From Felis catus (Eukaryota), in contig NC_058383.1 of NCBI RefSeq assembly GCF_018350175.1, positions 31,868,001 through 31,932,000 of the forward strand: 64,000 nt of DNA, written 5' to 3'. The first letter of the stretch is position 1, and each line of letters opens with the position of its first letter. Below, in pieces: positions 14,183 through 28,109 of the stretch. The notes beneath the pieces are model-generated. The model made no database searches and was not told where the DNA came from. It worked only from the letters and a program-made list of their open reading frames with translations. The translations under genes were made by a program, and so were the position numbers.

Positions 14183-14312
14183 CCACACCGGCACACACAC
14201 ACACACACGTGCACATGGAGGAACACGCGTGCGCGGGCACGCACACATGCACACACGCGTGCAGGCACACGCAGATGCCGACGGCGCGCCCGTGCCCCAG
14301 CACACGCGCGCC
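14183..14312. repeat. Degenerate alternating purine-pyrimidine (CA/CG) tract
   Basis: cacacacac...acacgcgtgcgcgggcacgcacacatgcacacacgcgtgc. Confidence 0.7.
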
Positions 14313-14999
14313 GCTCCCTACAGACCACCCCCATCCCGAGTGGCGAACTCTGACCACCCCACCCCCCAGCAAGCCCCCCACCCCAGCAATCGCAGCTGCC
14401 CGGAAGACGGGTGGGGAGCCCTGGGTTGGGGTGGGAGCTCCTTCGCTGCTAGCTTGGTGCCTTCCATCAAGGGGTTAGCCCTCCCGGACCTCGGTCTCTG
14501 TCATTACTAAAGCAGAGACGATCACAATTAAAAAACAACAACAACAACCCGCTTCCTTGAGAAGGGGGCTCGTGGCCAGCCGAAGCACAAAGTATGTGCT
14601 CAGGAAAAGCCTGTCAAAGGACTCAAAACAATACTCACGACAGATGAAGGACCTTCCGTGTCTATAGGTGGAACCCCGTGAATGCTCACAGCTCATCCAG
14701 GAGGCAAGAGGGCTCTCACCTTACAGAAGAGGAAAACTGAGGCCCCAAAGGTAATGGCGTCTCGTCCAGGGCACCAAGGTCCACGCATCTCCTGACCCCA
14801 GCCCCCCAGCATGTCTGTACAGACAGACACAGACCTGCCGGGCCCACCCAGTGCTGTCCCTAGGGAGTCTCCCTGGCCCTCCATGCCCCACAGGTCCTGG
14901 AAGGGTCCCTGGCTGGCTGGCATCCGGGGCCAGTGAGCAGGGGCCCCAGCAGCCGCATGGAGGGGGCTGAAAAGGAGAGGACTTCTCCGGGGTCACCCA

Positions 15000-15420
15000 G
15001 TATATAGGGTCTCCGGGGCCACCGTAACAAATTACCATGAACTAGGTGGCTTAAAACAATAGATACTGATTCTCTCACCTTTCTGCAGGCCAGAAGTTCA
15101 AAATCAAGGTGGCAGCAGGACTGCGCTCCCTCTGGAGGCTCTGGGGTACACGCCTTCCTTCCAACTTCTGGCTCTGGGGCTGCGTGATTCCGATCTCTAC
15201 CTGCACCTTCACCCGGCCTCCACACCTCTGGGTCTGTGTGTCCAAATCTCCTGACCTTCTCTGAAAAGGACACGCGCCACTGGGTTGGGGACCCAACCTA
15301 AATCCAGATGTTCTCATTGAAAGATCCTTAATTATACCTGCAAAGACCTTTTTTTCCCCCAAATAAGACCCCATTCATAGATTCTGCATCTCTTTGAGGG
15401 ACACGATTCAACCTACTGTA
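15000..15420 (-). mobile_element. MLT1 (MaLR) solo LTR
   Basis: gtaacaaattaccatgaactaggtggcttaaaacaa...ttctgcaggccagaagttcaaaatcaaggtg are hallmark MLT1 segments. Confidence 0.8.
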
Positions 15421-15812
15421 CTCGATGAGTCAGGGGCAATACAAGGCAGAGCCCTTCCTGCAGCCCAGCTCTTAACTGAGGTGTCATTAACATGACCAGA
15501 GTGGGGACAAGAGACAGATTTTGGAGGCCCTCAGCCTGGCTCGGAATCCTGACCTTACCTCTTTATGTACTGTGGGACCATAAGAAAGGGACGCGCCCTC
15601 TCTGTGCCTTGGTTTCTTTGCCCACAAAATGAGGATAAGACAGACCTTGCCTCCTAAAGGAAATTAAATGAGTTAATACATGTAAAGGCTCCGAAAAGTG
15701 TGCCTGTCTGGAACCTAGAAAGCTCTCAATAAATGTCCGATGAATAAATACATAAAATCACGTCTGGAATAATTTGAATGCTCCGTACATGCTAACTACT
15801 GGCTGAAGGAGG

Positions 15813-16531
15813 CGTTGGGGAGGAAGAATTTTCCTCTTCCCCTGAAGGTTCTTCTTGCTGGTCTAAGAATTAAATTGACATGAGACAGACGAAGAGGAGA
15901 AACTCAGATTTAATTACATACCTACAGAGGCCCCACAAGGATTAGGAGGCCCACGGGCAGTCGGGCTTCTATGGCATCCAGAGCTGAGGAGAAGGGGTAG
16001 GGCTCTGGGAGGGCGCAGGAAGAGGAAAAAGAGTAAATGTTTGGTAAGCAAATGTTTGCTGGGACACTTAGAAGCAGTGGGACACAGAGAAGAATTTTAG
16101 CCGACCGACTTTGCCAGCTATCTCCCTGCCCTCGTTCATACTATGTTGGGATTGTCTGTGCGGACAGCTCCCTTCCCGCAACAGGCCCTCTGTCTAAATA
16201 AGTTCAAGCAGTTAGGAGGAAGGTCAAAGGTTCTTCCTGAGCCCTCTGTTTCTTTTCTTTGTTCTTTTTTAATGTTTGTTTATTTTTGAGACAGGGAAAG
16301 AGACAGAGCATGAATCCGAAGCAGGCTCCAGGCTCCGAGCTGTCAGCACGAGCCCGACACGGGGCTCGAACTCGAAGACTGTGAGATCATGACCTGAGCC
16401 GAAGTTGGACACTCAACCAACCAAGCCACCCAGGCGCTCCCAGAGCCCTCTGTTTCTAAAAAATAATCAACCTAAAATAATCTACACGCCAAAGAGACAC
16501 GTTTTGGGGTGGCAAGGTTTGCTCCCCTAAA
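15813..16531 (-). mobile_element. Solo ERV1-type LTR (same family as the LTRs at 30260 and 37427), with a SINEC inserted at about 16255-16440
   Basis: Its reverse complement aligns by eye with 30260-31044 along its length. Flanks GAGG/GTGG look like a decayed 4-bp TSD. The SINE TSD is gagccctctgtttct. Confidence 0.85.
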
Positions 16532-16825
16532 GTGGCTGGTAATTATTCCAAAGGATTCTTCACCAAGCGTCTCCCTGGGTTCCCCGGTTCAATGCCCCCA
16601 CCCCAAGAGAGGTGGAGAATGTCACGCCTGGCCCACTTGTCAGATGAGAACACGGAGTCTCAGTGGGGTTCGGGGACGGCCGCTAGCCTGGTATCCGGGC
16701 CCCGGGGGATGGTCCCAGACTACGTCTGACCCCCAACAATGGCTTCAAAGCAAAAAGCGAAAAGCAGGACAATTGCAAAATTGTGTCTTGAAGCTAATGC
16801 TGCTCCTGGCAGGCAGTACGACGAA

Positions 16826-16925
16826 GAGCCGCGGGTCTCCGATGGCGGTCCCCAGGCCGACGGCATCAGCGTCACCCATGGATTTGCCAGCAATGCACAT
16901 TCTCGGGCCCACCCCCAGAGCCCTG
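16826..16925. mobile_element. MER5A-like DNA transposon fragment
   Basis: The reverse strand reads ctgggggtgggcccgagaatgtgcatt...ggtgacgctgatgcc...ggggacc, which resembles MER5A. Confidence 0.6.
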
Positions 16926-19529
16926 TAGGCAGGGCTCTTCCAGGGGCCGCTAACGCATGCGGAAGTTTGAGGACCCCTGGCCTGGGGGTGCAAAGTGCAG
17001 ATGGAGAGCGGGCCACCCTGGGCTGGAATCCGGGATCTGCCACCTCATCAGTGGGTGTCCCCACCTCCCAGCTGGAAACGGATCGAGTCTGGTGCCGCGG
17101 GCCGCACCGAGGCCTCGTCGAGTTCACACCCGACACTGTGTAGGTGCTGGCTGATGACCGTAATTCTTCGATTTAGGGACCAACTTTCACCGGACATGAC
17201 GAGGGCACACAGGTGTGTGCACATTCCTTTCAGGAAGGGGTGAAAACTGGAGATGTTAATTGCTCTCTTCAAAACCGTACTTGGTGAGTTTCTAAGGTTG
17301 GTGGTTAACTTTCCAACGGAGTCTGCTGATCCTTGAGACCCTAAAATCAGCGAACCAGTGCTTGAAGACGGGAGGTCACTGGCCCTTTCACAGGTGGGTA
17401 AACCGAGGCTCCCCGACAGCCCCCTGGGAACTGAGACAGCGGTAGCAGCTGGCTCTCAGGCCCTGTTGGGTGTGCCAACCCCCCAGGAATAGCAGTTGGC
17501 TTCCGTGGAAATTCCACTGAACTGCCCTTGGTGGGCAATCGGGAACAGGGAATTCCGGGAGATGGGGCCCGTCCCCAGGTGCCCGAATATCTTTACAACC
17601 TCGCCTGGGCAGAGGGAACCCAGAAGGAGCCACGACACTGCTAGGCTTGGGTCTGAGAAATCAGCAGCTCAGGGATGATGCCAATGACCACAGCAAAAAT
17701 CCCAGGTGCCATTTACGGTCACCTGTCCTACAAGGGGAGAACACTCCTACCTTACAGCTGAGGACGCAGAGGCCCAGAGTTGAAGCTGTGAGCCCAAGGT
17801 CACAGAGCTGCTGGGGGGCAGAGGAAGGATTTCAACCAAGGTGTGTCGAGCCTCAGGGTCTGGGAGATTTGCAGGTCTGGGGGGCCTCCGGGCACTGCTG
17901 GCCAGCACTCTCAAAGCCCAGCCTGGCCTGACCAAGGCTGAGGAGGAGGGAGGTTATGGCTCCCAACACCCATCTCTGTCCCTCTCTACCTGCCAAGGAA
18001 GAGGAAGCTGGACAGAGGGGGGTTGGGGGGGGTGACAGATCCACAGAAGATTCATCACCAGTCAGAGGGGAGATTTGGGGTCCCCCCACCTCACTCGATT
18101 TCCAGGCAGGCCACCCAGACAGCAGCATCAGACATGGGGTCAAGTAGGACCCAGAGGCTGGGGGGGTGTGCCCCTCGGCCTCAGCTTCTGCATCCAAAGA
18201 ATGGCGTCACATCCCCGACCCCCGGGGATCTCTGAACTCTCAGAAGCCACAGGAGAGGCAACACCGGCCCACTGTTTCTGGTCTCTGCCTGTCGTCCCCA
18301 GAGAGCACAGTGGTGGGACTCGGGAGTCCGAATGCAGAGAGGCTGGGACCAATGCAGAAGGGAGGGTGGGACACTGGGCTTTACAGCAAGGACACTAAGC
18401 CTGAGAGAAGTTGAGTAGCAGCCCATGGTCACACAGCAGGTCGGTAAAGAGCCGATTCTGACCTCGCGCACCAGGTCTGGAGCCCACGCTGCACCACTCA
18501 GCCCCGCGGCCCTGGGGGACTGGGGACTCCAGGAGGAAATAATGGAATGAGTGAGGCAGGGACAAGGCGCGACATGGTGGGGGGGAAGGCGGTGAGGAGG
18601 GGACCGCGAAGGGCTCTGCTGTGCCTTAGCAGCGACCTTACTTCTTGGAACCTGTCCTGTGGAAATGCTCCCCTGCCTCCTCCTGGGGGCTAAGCAATAG
18701 TGCGGCTGGCTTTGTCTCCCCATCCAGGGACCACACGCATTCCCTGAAAAAGGCTCTCTGTCCTCTGGCCCCTGAAGGTCGGGGAGGGGCACAGACAGCA
18801 CTGTGGGTGGCCAGGCCCAGGGATGGTCCCTTACCCATCACAAGTCCCTCATGAGACCATTCTTGGGCTGGGGAATTTCCTCAGTGGTACTGAATGCTGT
18901 TTTATTCCCCAGCCATAGGGCACCCCACACCGTCTGTGCGCGTGTGATTCTTTTCACTGAGGTATACCCTACGTCCAGTACAGTGCTCTCATCTCAAGCC
19001 TGTGGCTCGATCAGGTTTCACACGCACTCTTGAAAGTCACTGCCCAGATCAACATTCCAGCCGCCTCTCCAGGGAGCTTTTGGAAATGCAGCATCTACCC
19101 CATGAGCATCTACCTAGTGGGTCAGAATCTGTCTTACACTGAATGAGACCTCAGGGGAATAATGGGCCCATAGCGGTGGGAGCCCTCGGTGGGGCTCATG
19201 AAACCCCCCCGCACTTTCTCAAGCATGTCTGTGCGCTGCCTCGTTCAAGCTGTACAAGCCTAGGAGGCAGGAACTATTATTATCATATTAATATCAATGC
19301 CATGTCGATATAAATGTGAACAGCTTATCTACAACGTGCCATTTTACAGGGGAGAAAGCAAATCTTGGAGAGGTTTGACAACTTGCCCAAGAGTGCTACA
19401 AAGCGGGCCTGTCCAGATGTGAACGCCCACTGCCTGAGTCCAAAGCCCTCAGAGAGTGAGCATCACAGGACGGCCGTCCAACAAGCTGGTTTAAGAAAGA
19501 AAGCTTCCTTCTTTTCTTTCCTCCTTTGA

Positions 19530-19742
19530 AAAAAAAAATTTTTATTGCTTATTTATTTTTGAGAGACAGAGACAGAGCGTGAGCGGGGGAGGGTCAGAGA
19601 GAGAGGGCGACAGAATCCGAAGCAGGCCCCAGGCTCTGAGCTGTCAGCACAGAGCCCGACGCGGGGCTTGAACTCACAAGCTGTGAGATCATGACCTGAG
19701 CTGAAGTTGGATGCTTAACCGACTGAGCCACCCAGGCGCCCC
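19530..19742 (-). mobile_element. Felid CAN-SINE
   Basis: Full reverse SINEC; TSD tctttcctcctttga. Confidence 0.9.
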
Positions 19743-21149
19743 ATCTTTCCTCCTTTGAGAAAGAACCCCACAATAACAACGCATGTGTACAATTTAAACA
19801 GAAATTCAAAGCATCCAAAGGCTTCCAGAAAACAGTCAGCATCCTTCTCGGCCAGCCCCAGCCTCCCAGCTGCCCCTTCCTGGGGGCAACCGTTCTGATC
19901 AATTTCCTGTGCTCTACAGGGACCAGCACACGGAAATAAGTCGTGTTTTCTCTCACTTACGCAAATGCGAGCCTTTCCTACATCCAGACCTGCCCCTTGC
20001 TTTTATCACCCTGTACTTTGTCACCCCATCGGCACATAAAACCCGGGTTACAATGTGGATGCACCATAATTCACCCTGCCGCTTCCCGACTGCGAGGCAA
20101 ACAGGTTGTTTCCGGTCTTTTACGACCGTGGCAGGGCCTTGCCCTGCCACTCGGCTGCCCTGCGCGGCCTGATGCCCCCCGGAAGGTGGAGGCCCTGCCC
20201 CTGTCGGGTGCAACGTTGACCTTGGCAGTTACAAGGAACATTTCTAAACTGCCAGGCTTGGACAGGGCTCAAGATGCTTGGTGCCTCTGGAGCCTGCATC
20301 CTGGGTCGGGACTGACTGGAAGGGTCCAGAGCTGCTTTCCAAGAAACTGAAAATGGAACCAGAGAAAGCGGTTAGCAGCACGCGAGGCTCCTTGGGAGGA
20401 GGAAACCTGACTGTGTAGCCACTTTACCCTCTAGAGACAAGGGCCTGGAGCCTCCCTTTCCCTGAATTTCCTCACCCCACCCCAACCCCCCCCCCCTCCC
20501 CACACACACCCCAAAGCCTCTCAGGCTTGAGCTTTGCCTTGGACCAGGGCCTGGAAGGCAGTGGAAGCTTTTCAGTGCCAAGCCCAATGCACATATTGGT
20601 TCATTTAATCCTCAAAAACATACTGAGGTAGGTATGGTTATTATGCCCATTCTACAGAGGGGGAAAGTGAGGCCAGACAGGTTAAGATCAGACCAGGGAT
20701 TCCTCACGAAAGGTCTCACGCACCCCCCCCCACCCCATGGCCTGTGGCCTGGGGTTCACCTGTGACCCCGACCCCAAATGAGAAGTCACTTCGTGACACA
20801 CCCACCTGAAGGTGCAAAACGAAAAAGGCAAGAGCAGGTGTGGTGAGCACGGGGGGGCCACTGGGAGTTCTGTCCTCTGTGCGTGTGTGTATGGGGGAGG
20901 GGGGGTGGTGTGTGAGCTGTTACAACGTTGCAGAAATCTGGCAACATTTACTAAGGCTGGACACACGCACACAGACTACGTCAGAGGATATGCCCAAGAG
21001 AAATGTAGCCATGTGTTCTCCAAAAGACCGTGTAAGAATGCTCTCAGATCAGTGCTATTCGGAACAGCCCATGCTGCACGGTCCCATTTAGGACGATAGC
21101 GAACGAAGGAAGATTCTGGTGTGAAACAGTCTGATCACCAGGGACCTGT

Positions 21150-22200
21150 TTCTTTCTTCCTTCTTTCTTCCTTCCCTTCCTTTTTCTTTTCTTCCTTTTC
21201 TTTCTTTCTTTCTTTCGAGAGGTTGCAAGTGAGTGAGGGGCAAGAGAGAGAGAGAGAGAATCCCATGAGGGGCAGAGAGAGAGAGTGAGGGGGGAGAGAG
21301 AAAAGAAGGGTCACGTGAAGCGTGGCTCAAGCTCACCCAGTGGGGGGGGGGGGGGACTCGAACTCATGGACTGTGAGATCATGACCTCAGCTGAGGTCAG
21401 ATGCTGAAGCGACTGAGCCACCCAGGCACCCCCAGGAAGAGGTTTTGCGGGTGCAGGGCCCGCAGAGCTGTGTTTTCTCCAGCAGTCTGGTGGGATCATG
21501 TTAGTGTGCACACAAGTCAAACGCCATCAAAGATATGCCACAATAATTTTTTTATTCTTTTCATGTTTCTTTATTTTTGAGAGAGAGAGGGTGCATGCGC
21601 GAGCAGGGCAGGGGCAGAGACAGAGAGGGAGACACAGAATCCGCAGCAGGCTCCAGACTCTGAGCTCTCAGCACAGAGCCCAACACGGGGCTCGAACCCA
21701 CGAACCACGGGATCACCGCCTGAGCCGAAGCCAAGAGTGGGAGGCTTAAGGGACTCAGCCACCCAGGCGCCCCCCATCTTAAGTGGTTTTAAGTGCACAG
21801 TTCAGTAGCATTAAGTACATTGACGTCACTGTGTATCCACTCTGCGAAGCTCTTCATCCTCCGAAACGGAAACTCTGTCCCTACTAAACACTAACGCCCC
21901 AGCCCCCCAGCCCCCAGCCCCGGCAGTCACCCGTCCACTTTCTGTCTCTGTGAACTTGGCAACTCTGGGCACCTCATGAAAGTGAGATCCTGCAATATTG
22001 TCCTTTTGCGACCGGCTTCCTTCCTTGGCATGACGTCCTCGACGTTCATCCGCCTTGGGTCAGAATCTCCTTCCTTGTTAAGGCTGGAGAATATTCCAGG
22101 GTGTGGCTAGACCGCCTTGTATTTATCCATTCATCCATGGATGGATCCTTGGGTCGCGTCCACCTTCTAGCGGATGCTGCTCTGACCGTGAGGGGGCCGA
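21150..22200 (-). mobile_element. Two reverse SINECs (about 21150-21433 and 21545-21776) followed by an L1MB-like 3' fragment
   Basis: SINE heads ...caggcacccc and ...caggcgcccc; L1-type ttaagtgcacagttcagtagcattaagtacattg...aaactctgtccc. Confidence 0.75.
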
Positions 22201-25164
22201 TGTGCACCACTTTTGTTTGACCATTTCACACACAATCGAGGAAGAGGCCGAACAGAGGTTCCAAAGACGAGTTCTGGGGACCAGCCGGGCAGACAGGTTG
22301 GGTGACTTCGCGCCTCGCGGCTTTGTGCGGTGGGAACGATCCTGCTGGGCTTATGGGGCTGGGAGAGGATGTACCTGGTACACAGGCAGCTCCCCGTCAG
22401 TTCTAGCTACTGTTGTTCGTATTCTCACCCTCACCCCTCCCCACCCCTGCCTCCGCACCCAGTTCTCAGTCCGCGGAGGGGTTTGTAACCTCCCGAGGGC
22501 AGTCCTTCTCACGGAGTGGGGCCGAGGCCCGGAGGCTCCCCCAGGAGTCTGCAAAGGATGACAAATGCAAAAGCTGTCTTCTTTTCCCAAAGGCAAGTGG
22601 CATTCAACTCCAGGACCAAACTGATTTGCGGAAGGAAAGGGCCTGTTCCTAGGAACTGAGTGAATTGATGAGGGTCATTTAACACAGGACAGTTTTAGCT
22701 TTATTTATTCCTCTCCAGTTCTTGGTAACCACCAAGCACATTTCTCACGGGGTTACATCTGCTTACGCACTGCTCCCCGGGCATATCCTGTGTCCCCAGG
22801 GCCCAGGGGCCTGCGCCCCCTGTCATCTCTGCTGCACAAGTGTGTGGTTTTCTGGGCAGAGGGTCTGTGGTGCTCAGCGGCTTGTCCCAGGGCATCTGTG
22901 TCCCCTTTATGCACACAGTTGTCTTAACCCAGGGGGTCTGGTCCTTTCCCTGGGAAGTTTGTTAAAACCCACATTCCCAGCCCCTCTCCTTTCACAGCAT
23001 GGGATTTGGCGGGGGGGCTTGGGGGGAGGGCCCAAAACCTGCACCTTTACAGGACCATGGGAAGGGCCACAGTCACACTTGGAACTACACTGCCCACCTC
23101 CCCCCAGCTCCCTCTTCTGCTGGGGGCCTGCGGGCAGGCCCTCCTTGCTCACCAGCTCCAGCTCTGTGGCTGTTCACAAAGAGCGAGGGGTTCTTCTCTT
23201 GTGGATTTTTTTTTTTTTCAAATAGCTTTATTGAGATACAACCCACATACCATGCAGTTCACCCATTTAAAGTGGTTTTTAGCCTATGCTCAGGGCTGTG
23301 CCACCATCACCATGGTCAATGTTAGAGCATTTGCATCACCCCGAAAAAACACCCCCCGACCCTGGACCCATTTATAGGCACTTCCCATCACCCCCTCCCC
23401 CCGCCCTAGGCAAGCCCTAATCTCTTCTCTGTCTCTATGGATTTGCTTCGAACATTTCATATACATGGAATCATACAATACATGGTCCTCGGTGTCTGAC
23501 CTGTATCATGAAGCAGGTTTCCACAGCCATTCCGCGTTATAGCATGGATCAGCACTTTGCTCATTTTTATTGCCAAATAATATTCTGTTATGCACCCGGG
23601 GGGGGCAGTTTAAAACATATTAATGCTGGCACCCACCCCAGAAATGCTAACCCAATTAGTCGGAGGGGCAAGAGCAGGACAAGATTCCTTAAGACTCCCC
23701 GGCAGTGGCGGGGGGGGGGGGGGGACGGGAGGGGGCAGTGGGGGCGGTTTCATCTGCCTCCTGGGCTGACATTTCCTGCCTTCACTCCTTCCAGATTCCA
23801 GGGCAGATCTTAAAGGGTACCATTTCACAGACCGGGAAATCCGGGCTCAGAGAGAGGGAACGTCACCAGTCCATGGTTCCAGCTGACATGGATCTGACTT
23901 CCTCCCTCCGTTTTGCCTGCATTAATGAGGCACTGACTGTATGTATGCCGGGCACCCCGAGACCCAGATGGCCAAGACTGAGACATTCCCTCTCAGTGGC
24001 ATTCAGGGTCCTTGACCAATGCAGAAAGGCTGGCCTCTGTTTAGTAACAAGTAGAGGGGCGCCCGGGTGGCTCCGTCGGTTGAGCGCCTAACTTTGGCTC
24101 AGGTCATGATCTCACGGTTCCTGAGTCCGAGCCCCGCGGGCTCCGTGCTGTCAGCACCGAACCCACTTAGGATCCCCTGTCTGCCGCTCTCTGCCTCTCT
24201 CTCCCTCTCTCTCAGATAAATAAAACATGAAAAAAAAAATAATATGTAGGATGAAGTGAGAAAGGAGAGGAAATAACAGTGCGGGGAGGGGATTTTCAAT
24301 TAATGGTTGAAATAAAGTGACCGGTCTCGGTCTTTGGGGGGTGCCCACCCACAGAGAACAGGAAGACACTTTCACGGGGACCTTGTTTTGGCTACAATTA
24401 TAGGGGATTTTCCATCCTTTGAAATCCACTGCCTCACAGTAGGCGAAAGCCCTGGTCTTAAAGAGAGAGAACAACGTAATCATGCATTCAACACATTATT
24501 TTCTGAGCAGCTATGATTTGCCAGGTGTTAGAACTGCAGCTAGCAACGAGACGACCCCCTTCCTCTCAAGGGTGTTGTGATCTGGTGCAAGGAGGCAGGC
24601 AGCAAATAAATGATGAGGCGACACAGCACTGTCTAGACTCATCCAGGCGTGAGGCGGGCAGAGGAGGTTAGCAGGCGGGAAAGGTCTGTGCCCTGCCAGG
24701 GAGGGCAGGGCAGGCCAGTGACCTCTTGCTGCGATCTGAATGGTAAGAAGGCATTCCAGGCAGAGGGGACAAGCGAGCAAAGGCCCTGAGGCAGGAACAT
24801 AATTTTAATTCCAGGAACTGAAAGGGGGAACAGGGGCCTAAAACATAACGGATGGTTGGGGGGGGGGGGCGGTTAGTGAAGAGGGGCAGAGAGACAGGGA
24901 GACACAGAATCCGAAGCAGCCTCCAGGCACAGAGCCCGATGCGGGGCTTGAACCCACCAACCGCGAGATCATGACCTGAGCCGAAGTCGGACGCTTAACC
25001 GACTGAGCCACCCAGGCGCCCCTGAACGTTTTTTTTCCGAAACCAGATGTTTTGTGTACATAAATAGATACGTATATAGTTTTTAAGCACCCACCCCGTG
25101 TCAGGTGGTGGGCCATATTATTTTTATTCCCATCCTGGTTCTCGTTTTATCTGTATCTCAAGGG

Positions 25165-25588
25165 CAGCAGGCTGAATGCCGACCAGACCAGAGAAACACG
25201 CAGCCTCCTAACTCCCCACACCAGCGAGGGTGACCTTATCTGGAAACAGCCTCTTTGCACACGTAATAATTAAGTTAAGGATCTGGAGATGTGATCATCC
25301 TGGATTGGGGTGGGACCTGACTCCAAGGACAAGTATCTTCCTAGGGGAGGGCCACGTGAAGACAGAGGCAGACACTGGAGTGACCTATGATCCAAGGAGC
25401 CCAAAGATTTCTGGCAGCCGCCAGAACCCAGGAGAGGGGCATAGAACTCATCCTCTTCTGGGGCTCCAAGAGGAACCAGCACCATGCCTGACTTCCAGCC
25501 TCCAGGACAGGGAGAGAACACATTTCTGCTGTTTTAAGCCACCCCACTTATGGTTCATTTGTTGCGACAGCCAGAAGAAACGAATACA
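25165..25588 (+). mobile_element. MLT1 (MaLR) solo LTR
   Basis: gtgaccttatctggaaa...taagttaaggatctggagatg...ttctgctgttttaagc...aaacgaataca. Confidence 0.8.
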
Positions 25589-28109
25589 ACGTATATAATT
25601 TAGTCACCAATTCACATACACAGGGGTTCTTGCTGATACTTCATATCTGCAGGGGGAGGGAGGTGGAAAACTTTGGGGGATCCCTCCCTTCTTCCGCCTG
25701 ATTTTGAATCTCCCACTCACTGCGTAGCCTGGGACAAGTTCTTTGGCTTTTCTGGCTTCAGGGTCTTCATCTGTCAGAGATGAGCAACGGACTGATTTGT
25801 AAAGTATGGATGTGAGGGTGGCTGTCACAGGGCAAAGCCCCCTTCCCTTCGGGAAAGGGGCAGAAACAGCAGGCTTCAGGGTCATGGGTAAGTTCCAGGT
25901 GGGATTCTACAGAGGGAACACCCATCCCTGGGAAATTCTGAGCCAGCGTTCTAACCCAAGCAGCGGAGGCCCTCCAAGGAAGAGGGAAAGCAAGCCACCT
26001 TTGATCTGAAAAGGCTCCACTAGGGCCGACCTCTCCGCTGGGCTCAGCGGGCACAGCACCTGGGGCCACGATGCTTTTAGGGGCCCACGGAAATGTTTTA
26101 GGTTCTTTTAAAATAAAAGGGAAAAACAAATGTGGTTAAGGGCCAAGGTGTAAGCCTGACTCCAGCCTGGATTATACTGATTGTTATGCCAATGCAGTCA
26201 CAACATATTATTATTTTTTTCTCTTTTACGGAGGAAGGTATCCAAGGAAGCCGTAATGCGCTCCTGGACAAACCGCCCAGGAGAGGGACGGACGTTGAGG
26301 ACCAAGTGGGCTCAGCCAGCCTGGCCGAGCAAGGAGTTTCAAAATCCAGACCGGGAAGGGAGCAGAGAAGCCTGATCTGGAAAGCAGCGCTGGCCAAACC
26401 CACGATCCCTGCCCTGCTGGTCATCAAGCCACCATTCTGGGAGGGCCCCTGCCCCTAGAAAAGCAAACCAAGCGATCGCTGTCCCAGCCTCGCTTTCTGG
26501 CCTCACGGGGAAAGGTGCGATTTCCTCTTCCCACACGACAATCAGGCAAGCACCATTATTATTCCCATGTGGCAGATGGAAACACTGAGGCCAAGAGAGC
26601 CCTTTGCACAGAACCTGTCATACCACAGGTACTCAATAATTGCCTGCTGAGTGCAGGCTGGGTAAACAGAGGGAAGCTAAGCTCCATGCTCAAGCCCACA
26701 CGACTAGTAAGGGGAGAGCTGGGATTTGAACCCAGGCAGCCCTGCTCCAGACTCTATAACCAACACTCTCTATTGCCTTTGGGCACACGTGATGGGGTGT
26801 TGCTTCTAATCCTTACACAGGATGTATAAGATTGAGCTTAGCCACCCTGTTTCTTTTCTTTTTAATGTTTATTTATTTTTGAGAAAGAGGAAGAGAGTGG
26901 AGGAGGGGCAGAGAGAGGGGGAGACACAGAATCCGAAGCAGGCTCCAGGCTCTGAGCTGTCGGCACAGAGCCCGACGCGGGGCTCGAACCCACGAACCGT
27001 GAGACCATGACCCGAGTCGAAGTTGGACGCTTGGCCGACGGAGCCACCCAGGCGCCCCCGCAGCCCTGTCTCAGATGAGCAAGGTTAACTTCCCACCAGC
27101 CTGGGGAGTGACTGCGTCCCAGTCCTGTCCTTCTGACAGCCAGAGGGCTACAAGCTGATTTCAGGCTGGCCTCCTTGGGCTGTGGGTCCTAGAGAAATCA
27201 GGCTTCGGGGCAAGAGAGGAAGGTCGGCACTCTTCCCTTGCAAAGAACCTCTCCCCGGGTTCCTGGCTGGCGCTTGGGTAAATCCCTCAGCTCTTTAACC
27301 GCCAGGTGATCGGCCTACAAATGGGGGCTTTAGGGACAAGAGAGCCAGCGGTGATCCTCCTGGACTGGGGGCACTCCGGCCAGCTGCAAACTGTGCTGGC
27401 CTCAGTTTCCTCATCTCTAAACTGGGAGTAACAATGATCCCAAAGGTTTCTCCCGGAGATCAGCCGTGCGGGGAGTGCGTGGCACGGCCACCTTATCAGA
27501 CCCATCCTGGACATTCCCTAGACTCATTTTAACAGGTATCCTGGGAGGTTCTTACCCACAGGGTCCGGGGTCGACTATAAATAGTGCTCAAAGCACTTTT
27601 CCCTCCTCTTATCAGCTTTTGTTGTCGTTAAACTCCAAAGCTACCCCCCCCACCCCCCTCAGGCTGGAACACGTCAGCTGAGACGATGCGAGTAGGTGTG
27701 CTAAATGCTCATTGTCTCCCTTTAATCCAGCCTTCTGCGAAAAACATTGTTAGCTATGCGGTGTATATTTTTTTTTCACTCCTTTCTCTCCTCGCAGAGG
27801 AACAGAGTTGGACAGAATGTGGGCTTCCTTCTTCTGTATTTATTTTAGTTTTTAAAAATAGGGGCTCACGACCATTCGTGTTTTCTGCACCATCGCCAGA
27901 ACTGTGTGTGCCCTTGGCCTCACGTGCTGGTCTCCCGAGATGGGGCGGGCAGCGAGCTGCACAGCCTGACCGCAGGCCAGGCGGGAAAGTGAAAATAAAC
28001 CCCGGCTGGCAGCTGAGTTTCTCTTTCCTGTCAAACGAGTACCTTATCGTACTGAGGCTGTGTGTCTACAGGGGCCTCGGAGACTGCTTTTTATTTTCTC
28101 CCGGGAGGA

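Noticed and set aside
16739-17143. 134-aa ATG-initiated ORF
   Set aside because: It overlaps MER5A-like and other repeat remnants; no promoter or splice support.
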